Source of the DNA: an archaeon
GTDB taxonomy: Archaea; SpSt-1190; DYHY01
Direction of reading: 5' to 3'
Assembly (NCBI GenBank): GCA_037442745.1
Contig: JBBIPP010000014.1
Span: 11,528-32,302, forward strand
DNA length: 20,775 nt
Shown here: positions 7,698-16,167 of the stretch, one piece after another
How the letters are laid out: the number at the start of each line of letters is the position of its first letter
How positions within the stretch are numbered: position 1 is the first letter of the stretch
Position numbers and translations under genes: made by a program
Notes under the pieces: model-generated
Databases searched by the model: none
What the model saw: only the letters and a program-made list of their open reading frames with translations
Told to the model about the DNA's origin: nothing

Positions 7698-9128
7698 ATG
7701 AAAAAATACTCTTTCGGGATTATTTTTTCCTTAGCCATGGCGTTTATGCTTCTTCTCTCGCCAGTACTCTCTCTAGGGCGTCTTTCGGTATCGGAAATGT
7801 CCCCTGAGCAGGAGAATGTCCGTGTCGCTCTTGAAAAGTATTATTTCTCATTCATCGGGGAAAATATGGACGAATATCTCTCTACCCAACTTCTCGAGCA
7901 CCTGACGCCCGGCGAACTGACAGAGAAAAAAGAGAGGATAGTTTCAATATGGGCCTCGTTTGATTCCGGGTTCGCAATAGACACTTATAATTCAATAACA
8001 ATTGAAGATGACGTAGCAATAGTGGAGTATGTATTGAATTCCCTTGTCAAGGACGCGGAAGGGATTGAAGAGCGCGCCCAGACAGAGTATACTGCAATTT
8101 TATTCAACACTCGTGACGGCTGGAAAGTCTTTTCAGCAACCCCCAGGGCAATATCTAACTTTGAAGTAATTTTGGATGACTTGAGGGACGCAGAAGGGGA
8201 AGCGGACATCTATAGAAAGCTAGACCCTGTTCCGGAGGATGGCGGAAAGAACGCGACTATGGAAGTTCCCATTGAGATGACGACGTCCTTAGTTTCGAAC
8301 GTAACTGACGAAAAGGGAGATGCGAAAACCACCTGCTCGCCTGACACTTCTTTCCTATCGAATTTTTCAATAGCTCTCGGAGAGAATTCAGGAACTGTTA
8401 ATTCGGTAATAGGAGACAATAAGACGATATCTATTTCGGTAGGGAACCGGTCGTTCCTTGCCAAGGTCGAAGGTGGGGTCGTAAGTTCTGTCATTTCCGG
8501 AACGCAGGACTTTGATGTCTCAATAGAACCTTGCGCATACGAACGGATTTCCCTTGGCGGAAATGCGAAGAAGGAATATGACGAAGGCAAGATAACGATA
8601 TCTGCCAGGGCTTTCGGAGACTCGTTTAAGCTCGTACTTGCGAAAATATTCAACTTCTTCTACACCCTCTTCAACAGGAATCCGTTCGAACTCTGGCTTG
8701 AAGCAGAAGAAGGGACGCTCTCAGGGAATCTCCCCGGGAACTTGAGATATTCTTTCATAGGTCCTACTTCCCGCGGGCCGGGCGAGCTCTACTTGGGAGA
8801 CAAGGGGGCCAAAGTCAACTATTCGTTCACCTCTGGTTATTCCGGCAAGGTTCATATCTATCTTAGGGTTTCTGATGACGGCCTCCATCCGGATGGCGCG
8901 CGCTCGGCGGATTTCATATTGAACGGGCAGGAAATAAAATATTCCCACAAGTCAAGAAACTACATTTCTCCGGGAAACTATTGGGGAATGGAATATTTGG
9001 GCGCGGGCGAACTTGCAAAGGGGAAGAATTCCCTTTCAATAACCAAGCCCGCTCAGACCTCTGCAGCGTTCACGTTGGACAAGATCCTCTTTTCAGAAAA
9101 AGAGCTAGCCCTCCAACTGGCAGACTGA
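7698..9128 (+). CDS. Secreted multidomain protein (476 aa): NTF2-like, SCP2-like and CBM6/35-like domains
   Basis: Signal peptide MKKYSFGIIFSLAMAFMLLLSPVLS. NTF2-like segment (ALEKYYFSF..ENMDEYLS ... DGWKV). C-terminal LEAEEG ... LAKGKNSLSI ... LDKILF is typical of CBM6/35 folds. TGAATG coupling to the upstream gene. Confidence 0.78.
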   Translation: MKKYSFGIIFSLAMAFMLLLSPVLSLGRLSVSEMSPEQENVRVALEKYYFSFIGENMDEYLSTQLLEHLTPGELTEKKERIVSIWASFDSGFAIDTYNSITIEDDVAIVEYVLNSLVKDAEGIEERAQTEYTAILFNTRDGWKVFSATPRAISNFEVILDDLRDAEGEADIYRKLDPVPEDGGKNATMEVPIEMTTSLVSNVTDEKGDAKTTCSPDTSFLSNFSIALGENSGTVNSVIGDNKTISISVGNRSFLAKVEGGVVSSVISGTQDFDVSIEPCAYERISLGGNAKKEYDEGKITISARAFGDSFKLVLAKIFNFFYTLFNRNPFELWLEAEEGTLSGNLPGNLRYSFIGPTSRGPGELYLGDKGAKVNYSFTSGYSGKVHIYLRVSDDGLHPDGARSADFILNGQEIKYSHKSRNYISPGNYWGMEYLGAGELAKGKNSLSITKPAQTSAAFTLDKILFSEKELALQLAD

Positions 9129-9168
9129 GAATAAGCTTGGCTGTTTACCTCCAAATAAACTTGACATA

Positions 9169-9748
9169 GGGACTGTTGAAACCCTCCTAGAAAATGACTG
9201 AAAGGCATATCCGGCCGAAGCCGGATATGGGTTCATTTTGTGACAAACAAACCTTTGTTTAACCTGTTCAGGAAGTATTTATTGAAAGCAGGGGTGCATC
9301 CCGGAGAGAAATTCCCGGTTCTCGAACAAAATCTATTCCAACCACATCAACATCTTCTACCTCGTCCAGACAACGGAACGCTCGTTCCGGAGAAAGCCCC
9401 TCTTCATCCGGGACTACCTGCGTCCGAAAAGGACGCCGGAGCAGTCCACTTTCTGCAAGTTCCTGAAAAGAATCCCGTCCGAGTGGCTGGCAGCAGCCCT
9501 CCTTGCATTTGAAAAGGCGAGCCGCAGCCTTTTCATTGACTGGACGGGATTCTCCCAGAATTACCAAGTATTAAGCCCTCAGAATAGACCGCTTCATCTC
9601 CCGCAATTCCTTTGTAAAGGCAGTTATCTCGGCCAACGAACATTGTTTTGTTGTCGGGGCGGCGTTCGTCAAGCTCCTTGCTTTCAACTTCGAGAAGGTC
9701 AGGATTGCGGATTTTTCGCTAATCTTGGTCAAGGGTTTCAACAGACCC
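9169..9748 (+). mobile_element. Non-autonomous IS5-family derivative, copy 2, 580 bp
   Basis: 17 bp TIRs with one mismatch (GGGACTGTTGAAACCCT / AGGGTTTCAACAGACCC). Colinear with copy 1 plus 120 bp (9397-9516) encoding the HTH-like TPEQSTFCKFLKRIP. Frameshifted. Confidence 0.9.
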
Positions 9749-9940
9749 TCTAATTTTGGCCTTGAATTAGTCAAACCTTGACTTTTAGTTGGTGTGTGAG
9801 GAGGTTTTTAGCTCACCTTCCCAAGAAACTCAACTACATATTGCAGGTGCGTTCTGCGCACCACATAGAAAAATGTTGAGCCAGCGCCCCTCCTGAGTCA
9901 CCTACACGGGTTTATCCGCTTCCGTGGTAATCCGCTGTCT

Positions 9941-10348
9941 TTACGTTGTCAATACATTGTGTGTTTTTAAAATGAGTCCCAGAAGGTCATAGAATGTGCG
10001 TATAGAGGGGTTTCGCGACCTCGTTATTTTTGATGCCTCTTCAATTGTTTTGCGTGTGAAAAGTGTGTCAAGCGCGCATCAGAGTTTGCCGTTTGGCCAA
10101 ATGTTGCCGTCTGGAAGATCTTTTTTAGGCGAGAAACTTTTTCCTAGATGAATAATTACTCTGCCGCTTTTTGTTTTGGCACCCTCAATATAGTGAATAG
10201 ATGCCAATTTTCCGCCAGTTCTGAATGCAACGTAATTTGGTGCCTCTTTTGGCCAGCTGGCTTCTTTTGGATATGAGAAAGTTCTCCTAGAAGGTGTCCA
10301 ATTTGCGAGGGAAACGACATAAACTCGGTTGGAGTTTCGTTTTCCCAT
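9941..10348 (-). pseudogene. Degraded hypothetical gene with an internal TGA
   Basis: Reads VYVVSL ... WPKEAPNYVAFR.GGKLASIHYIE ... NGKL*CALDTLFTRKTIEEA. The frame continues plausibly past the TGA at 10079-10081 to TAA at 9941-9943. Confidence 0.55.
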
Positions 10349-10724
10349 TAGCTTGATTCTTCCTTCAGGTTGCCAAGAAGGGTTGTTTTGTTTTTAAAAG
10401 TGGTTGAAGAAAGGCTGTAGAAAGACAGTAAACCGTCGCTCTTAAAAAAATTTGTTTAGTTTTCTTAGAGTTTTACTCTCCCTCTTGTCTTGGAAATTTC
10501 TTCGGAAACAATACTGGATATCTTCGATTGAACTCTTTCTTCGGGAACAGTGTCTATTTAACGTTCTCTAACTTTATTAGACATTTGTCCTAGATTCGTG
10601 CTAAAGGTGAATTTATATGGTCTGTCTAAACCAGAGATTTCTTTAATTAATTTGTACTTTAGACAAACCTCGACAACAGTTTTGGCAATTTTAGCGGTCT
10701 CGTTCTCCAGGAAATTAAAGAAAC

Positions 10725-12110
10725 ATCGTCTGCATGGGAATCGTCCTTGGCAAATACGAGAGTTTTTGGAACCCAGTTTCTTCCAGAAAATATTTTAGGT
10801 AAAAAGTCTCTAAATTCCCTAACAATTTTCCTGATTTGATCTGGGATAACAACAGAGCGGTCGAGGTCAGATGGCGCATAATTAACCTCTTCATCAAGCT
10901 GCTCCCAGCGTTTCTCCCGTGTCAGCCTATCGCGCTTGTAGAAATATTCATTTGCCTCAATTTTTCCACCCTCTTCAGATTTCTTACTCTTTATTCGCCA
11001 AACATCAAACCGACATTAATGTTCTCTTGGACTGCCCGCCCGTGATTGAATTCCATCACAAGGTTTTGGCTGAAAAATCCAAGAGTCTGTTTTGAGGGTG
11101 TTGCAGTTAGACCGACGACAAACGCATCAAAATATTCTATAACTGGACGCCATTTACTGTATATTGACCTGTAGCACTCGTCAACAACAAGAAAGTCAAA
11201 TGTCCCTATTGGAACTTCTTTATTGTATTCAACTTTGACATCAATATTATCTCGGCTTTTTCCGAAAAGCGAATCCTCTTCTTCTGCAGGATCGAGTTCC
11301 TTTCCAGTTAGTATTGAGTAGAGTCTTTGAAGTGTAGTTATGCATACCTTGGCATCCCCATCTATTTTATTTGACTTGAGAAGCTGGGTCACATAAACAT
11401 CTGTGAATTTCCTTCCATCGCCGGGCAGTTTGAATTTGGCAAACTCATCTTCAGCTTGTATTCCAAGGTTTTCCTGTCAACTAGGAAAAGTATTCTTTTT
11501 GCTTTGGCGTGTTTTACAAGACGATAGGAAAAATTTACTGTAGTGAATGTTTTTTCGCTTCCTGTTGCCATTTGTATTAGAGAGAGCTGATTTCCTCTCC
11601 TCAAGGAAGTCTCAAGATTTGAAATTGCTTCAGTTTGGCATTTCCAAAGGCTTGCCGAATCTAGCTGAGGGAGTTCTTTGAGGCGCGCACGAAGAGTTTT
11701 CTCATCGGAAACTAGCTCAGCTAGTTCTTCAGTGGTGTGAAAATGGAAAACGTGCCTTGAACGCGGCTCTGGATCCCAAAAGTTTGTGAAAGTTGTTTCA
11801 GTTCCAGTTGACTCAGCAAAACGGTAGGGGCTCTTACATGTGGAATATGGCTAGGAGTTCCTCTGAGATACTTTTCGGATTGAGGCTCGACATTCGCGAG
11901 AATTGAGCCGGCCTTTTTGGCTTCAATTGCTCAGACAGCTTTTCCGTCAACACAGAGAAGATACTCTGCATTGCCATTCTCAAGGGAAACTTCTCTAACG
12001 GCAACACCCCTTCCCGCGGATAGGTCAAGCTCGCTTTTGTCTTGGATTTTCCATCCTGCGACTAGAAGCATTGAGTCAATTTTTTGCCGAGCAAGCTCTT
12101 CTGGCTTCAC
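10725..12110 (-). pseudogene. hsdR: Type I restriction enzyme R subunit pseudogene (EcoAI/EcoKI-like), 3'-truncated
   Basis: GTG at 12110 gives MKPEELARQKIDSMLLVAGW, then AV*AIEAKK (TGA 11931-11933), ESTGTET, DPEPRSR, QMATGSEKT (damaged Walker A), LFLVDR, VVDECYRSIY (damaged DExH), GLTATP, RDRLTREKRWEQLDE and PKTLVFAKDDSHADD. Several frameshifts. Confidence 0.93.
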
Positions 12111-12133
12111 AGCAGGAAAAACACCCGTGGCAG

Positions 12134-12141
12134 TTATAAAA
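12134..12141 (-). promoter_or_regulatory. Putative TATA box of hsdR
   Basis: TTTTATAA on the minus strand about 24 nt upstream of GTG 12110. Confidence 0.45.
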
Positions 12142-12169
12142 TTGGCGGATGCTTGAATATTCTATATTT

Positions 12170-13140
12170 TTACGCAGGAGGTCCTTTGGTTTTAGACATA
12201 CACGAGGTTCTCAAGGTTTCTTCCGATATATTAGAACATGCAGAGCTATCTACATATTTCATTGCTACCGTATAGAAGAAGGAATCGCTTCGTGACCGAC
12301 AGTTGAAATTTGATATCCGATCGCACCAGGCGCCATATTCTTTCGCGTCTGCCAAAGTCAGATTGCAGGTTTGAAGTTGGTTCACATCGAGGCACTTTTT
12401 CACAGTTGCTTGATTGAAACAAGAATATGCTTCATTGCCTAATACTACTGAAGCGCATATGGAAAAGTTGGTTGTTGAAATTCCAACGTCTCGGACGCAC
12501 CAAGTTGATGCAGCTTCTGAGAGTTTACTACAAATTGAAACCTTCCCTGTTCTGACAGCTATACTGCGATAACACCCTTCCAAGTCAGTTCCTGCAGCTT
12601 TGCAACTGGAAAGGTCCATGAAATCGTAATTGGCTGCGAAATCGTAATAACAAGTGCCTTTGTAACTGCCACTTTGGTCGCACATACTCAAGTTGCCTTC
12701 GTAGAATGCAATTGAAGCCACACACATGTCTTGTTTATCTGTGGTTGAAGGCAGATTTAGAAGATCGCATATTTTTGTGTCGCTTGCGGAAAGAATTCCT
12801 TTACTAATATTCATTTGAGAAAATGCAGGCGTTCTTCTCCAAAAGACGTGAAGAGCTCTCAGGACAAGTTATCTCCTGTAGTCGCCATTTTGAGATTTGG
12901 CAGTCTATTAACCCTGCCTTGTTAGTGAGCATGTTGCAAAATTTGGCTAAAAAGTAACAGCGTGAAGGATCCGCTAAATTATCTGAGCAAATTGTTGGAT
13001 TATTCGTTTGCAGAGCAACTCCCGAAAAACAAACATCTTGGCCTATTGCTTCTTTGCAGACATCTGGATTGTTCAGCTCAACTGCCAAATCCGAGAAACA
13101 TTCATCTACATCTTTTACAGTATAACGAATTCCAGGCTCT
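12170..13140 (-). pseudogene. Cys-rich repeat surface protein, frameshifted (ORFs 12804-13088 and 12170-12814)
   Basis: About 25 aa repeats C[YF]..xA......S.C (ECFSDLAVELNNPDVC, VCFSGVALQTNNPTIC, GCYRSIAVRTGKVSIC, WCVRDVGISTTNFSIC) occur on both sides of a frame change at about 12810. No signal peptide in frame. Confidence 0.7.
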
Positions 13141-13371
13141 ACCCGTCAATCAAACTATATTCGTTCGGAGAATTCTGGAAATATTCGGCGTTGATAGGGA
13201 TTCCAGCAAGAGTCTTGGAGTTCCTAGAGATTTCTGGGAACGGAAAATTTGCCTTGCTGGTCTCTCCCCTTCTCCTTGTTTCCGTGGCAATTCTTCTAAA
13301 AGCGACCCTCTTTAAATGGGGAAAGGAAGACTGCGAGGGAATGTTCTTCTGAGGGGAAACTGGCGGAGCGC

Positions 13372-14715
13372 TCAATACGAGTCAGCCCTTGAGAACGCCG
13401 AAATATATCTCGACAATGTTTCAGAGTTCTCGGCCGTTTTCGGGACATCCGGACGCTCGAAAAAGGACGTCCCTATCAGAGCCCTTGCCTTTAGGAGGAG
13501 CGAAAGACGCTCGGGGCGCACAATCCCGCCTGGCCATGCAAGGGAAAGAGAGGCTATGTCGGCGTGTTCGTCCTCGAGCATGAACGCGGACAATATGACG
13601 CTCGCCGGCTGGAAATCCGATGGCGCATAGACAATGCTTGGGTCGAGCTTCGAAGCCTTTCTTCCGTCAAATATTATGTTCGACCTATGCCAATCATAGT
13701 CAACAGGGACCTGCTCGGAAAGAGTCTCCAAAAATCTTGGGTCGTCCAAAAGGCGCCTTATTTCCGCATAAGAGAAGCTTTCGGCGGGAACATTCTCGAG
13801 GGAGGACTCGATCTTGCGCTTTAAATCGACCCGTTTTTCTGCTGGGCTCATTCCGGAAAGGGCTTCCTTGATTGCATATGCGCAATCCATTATTTCGGCG
13901 GCGTCTCCTTGCGGAAGAGGCCCGTATTTGTGGTCACCATCCAGATATTCGAGAACCTGAACACCCTCTTTCCACGCAAGAAGCTTTTGAGCGCGTCCGG
14001 TCGGGGAAAGGACAGCATGGACCTTTGCCTGCTCCTCAAAATAAGGAAGCCCTTTTCCGGAAACAAGCTTCAGAACATACTTTGAATCCGGAGTCGTTAT
14101 TTTGTAGGCATCTGATGACTTGGCCAGATAGAGCCTTGAATGGCATATCTTTCCCCAAGGATCGCAGACGCGCTCAACCCCGCCGTTGGGAGTTGCTAAG
14201 GGGGTTTCTCTAGGGAGGTTTTTCGCAGTGTTCGATGAGCATCTTATCAAGCCCGCATGGGAAACTGCAATGTAACGAGAGTCCTGCCGTTGGCCCAGAT
14301 ATCTCGACAGGAAAATAAGCGACCTTGCCTGAAGTTCATCTCCAGTCTCTGCTCCGGGTATCCCGTCAAGATCTCCCCTTTTGAGATATTTTTCAAGATG
14401 TTCTGGATTGGTTAGTCTTGCCTTCTCTTTTGTCATTCCGGAAAGAATTCCCGGATTGAATTCCCGAAGGGAAGAGTCGGTATTGACAGGGATTCCGAGA
14501 ACAACGGATATTTCCTCCGCAGTCTCAAGAGCCCTTTTCGCTTTGCTTGAATATATGCCGGATATTCCTTGGCCGCATTCTAACAGCAATCCTGCCGCAG
14601 CCCTTGCATGCGAGCGCCCCCTTTCAGTTAATCCGGAATCGTTGAGTGGGCCTTGTATTATTCCCTTGAGGTTGTCCTCAGACTCCCCGTGCCTGACAAA
14701 TAGCAGTTCAGGCAT
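13372..14715 (-). CDS. Histidine phosphatase (PGM family) fused to an APH/choline-kinase-like domain
   Basis: ATG at 14715 overlaps the upstream stop. N-domain VRHGESEDN, SSKAKRALETA, LREFNPG, GAET, VSHAG. C-domain KYVLK, VLEYLDG, DYDWHRSNIIF (HxDxxxxN-like) and KLDP (DFG-like). Confidence 0.85.
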   Translation of the reverse strand: MPELLFVRHGESEDNLKGIIQGPLNDSGLTERGRSHARAAAGLLLECGQGISGIYSSKAKRALETAEEISVVLGIPVNTDSSLREFNPGILSGMTKEKARLTNPEHLEKYLKRGDLDGIPGAETGDELQARSLIFLSRYLGQRQDSRYIAVSHAGLIRCSSNTAKNLPRETPLATPNGGVERVCDPWGKICHSRLYLAKSSDAYKITTPDSKYVLKLVSGKGLPYFEEQAKVHAVLSPTGRAQKLLAWKEGVQVLEYLDGDHKYGPLPQGDAAEIMDCAYAIKEALSGMSPAEKRVDLKRKIESSLENVPAESFSYAEIRRLLDDPRFLETLSEQVPVDYDWHRSNIIFDGRKASKLDPSIVYAPSDFQPASVILSAFMLEDEHADIASLSLAWPGGIVRPERLSLLLKARALIGTSFFERPDVPKTAENSETLSRYISAFSRADSY

Positions 14716-16153
14716 TGGAAAGAATCTCTCTCCATCTAGCGACCGAAGCTTCACGATTCCCATTGAGGAAGTTGGCGATTTCAGCGGAGTCGCCCCTCAA
14801 AAGAGCTTCCTTAACAAGCGAGTCTATTTCTGAAAATGACAGGGAGGCTGGAGAACTCTTGCGTTCCAGTTGAATAGCCTCGTGCAAGGATGCTACCGCC
14901 CCGGAATAGGCAACCATTCCGGAAAGCTCTTCAGGGGAGTAGCTGTTAGACTCTGTCGCCCTAGAGCGCTCTCCGCGCACCCAAAATTCCCTGTCAGTCC
15001 CGCCCTCTATTTCCGCGACTTTTGTGTCGGGTATTATTGTCAGAGGATATGCATATACTGAGGAAGGGGCGAGATCGTCAATCACAAAGCGCAGAGACTC
15101 CCTTAACCCGGCCATGTCGTCTCCTGGGAGGCCGACAATAAGCTCAGCTCTCCAAGGAATTCCAGAAGGCGTGAGCTTTGGAAGCTGTTTTCTTATTTTT
15201 TCAAAGTTGTTGCTCCTGAGCCACCTCGGGACATTCGGGTTTGTTGTTTGTATCCCTATGTCTATCTCCGAAAGCTTTACGTCCTGAAGAGCGCGAAGAG
15301 ACTCTTCATTCAGAAATTCCGGGCGGTAATAAGCCTTCAAGGAGGCGTTCGGAGCGTTCTTCGAAAGGAACTTCAGAACATGGATGTCCCTTCCGGGAAG
15401 ACCCCCGAGAATCGGGTCTATTGCGAAAACTTCGTCTATTCCTATCCGACCAATTCCCTTGGTTTCCGCCTCGACTTGATCGAGATCATATGTCTTTACT
15501 GACGCGCTCGTCCTGTGCCCGCAATATCCGCAGGTATATGGACAGCCCCTGACTGTGTCCCAGATAACATAGTTTCCGAGAGAGTCTTTCACTATTTCCA
15601 TGAACCTGTCGGAGAACAATGGGACTCCGGAAGGAATGCTTTTCCCTTGCCTTGCCACAAGAACCCCTTTCGGCACTCCGTCTGAAGCAGAATATATGGT
15701 GTCCCCGAGATCGGCTTTCAATTCAGCATAACCTATTGAACTATTTCTCTGCTTGGCCTTGGCGATTTTCATCAGAGGCTCTTCCCCTTCGCCTCTCACG
15801 AAAATGGTGCCGTCAGGCCATCCAGAGACATCCATATGAGAAGCTTCCGGTCCCCCTATTACGACAAGAGTTTCCGGGCTCTCGGAAGATAGGAGATTCG
15901 CCAATTCCTTTGCGCGCCCGGCAGTCCACATGTAAGCGGACATTCCGACAACATCCCTACCGACAAGATTAGGAAGGGCGTCTTTTGCCGGCTTTTCCAA
16001 GGAACTGCAAGGAAGCTCAACTGAAAGGGAAGGGTCTTTCAGCAAATAGGCACCCAATCTCATCGAAGCGAGGGAATATTTCGTGGGATAATTGGCAAGC
16101 CTGCTTTCGTTATATAAGCTCGCCAACGCAACTTGCCCATTTCCTTTCGACAT
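14708..16153 (-). CDS. Cobalamin-binding radical SAM enzyme (class B-like)
   Basis: B12-binding Rossmann motifs DVVGMSAYMW, VVIGGPE and VRGEGE. Radical SAM RGCPYTCGYC, IGIQT, ELIVGLPGD and YPLTIIPDT. Confidence 0.9.
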   Translation of the reverse strand: MSKGNGQVALASLYNESRLANYPTKYSLASMRLGAYLLKDPSLSVELPCSSLEKPAKDALPNLVGRDVVGMSAYMWTAGRAKELANLLSSESPETLVVIGGPEASHMDVSGWPDGTIFVRGEGEEPLMKIAKAKQRNSSIGYAELKADLGDTIYSASDGVPKGVLVARQGKSIPSGVPLFSDRFMEIVKDSLGNYVIWDTVRGCPYTCGYCGHRTSASVKTYDLDQVEAETKGIGRIGIDEVFAIDPILGGLPGRDIHVLKFLSKNAPNASLKAYYRPEFLNEESLRALQDVKLSEIDIGIQTTNPNVPRWLRSNNFEKIRKQLPKLTPSGIPWRAELIVGLPGDDMAGLRESLRFVIDDLAPSSVYAYPLTIIPDTKVAEIEGGTDREFWVRGERSRATESNSYSPEELSGMVAYSGAVASLHEAIQLERKSSPASLSFSEIDSLVKEALLRGDSAEIANFLNGNREASVARWREILSNA

Positions 16154-16167
16154 TTTCCCTTTGCATC

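Noticed and set aside
13139-13375. 78 aa ORF as the RiPP precursor of the operon
   Set aside because: It overlaps the upstream stop by TTGA, but has no leader/core pattern or repeated motif and may be the decayed 5' part of the Cys-repeat gene. The evidence is too weak to call.
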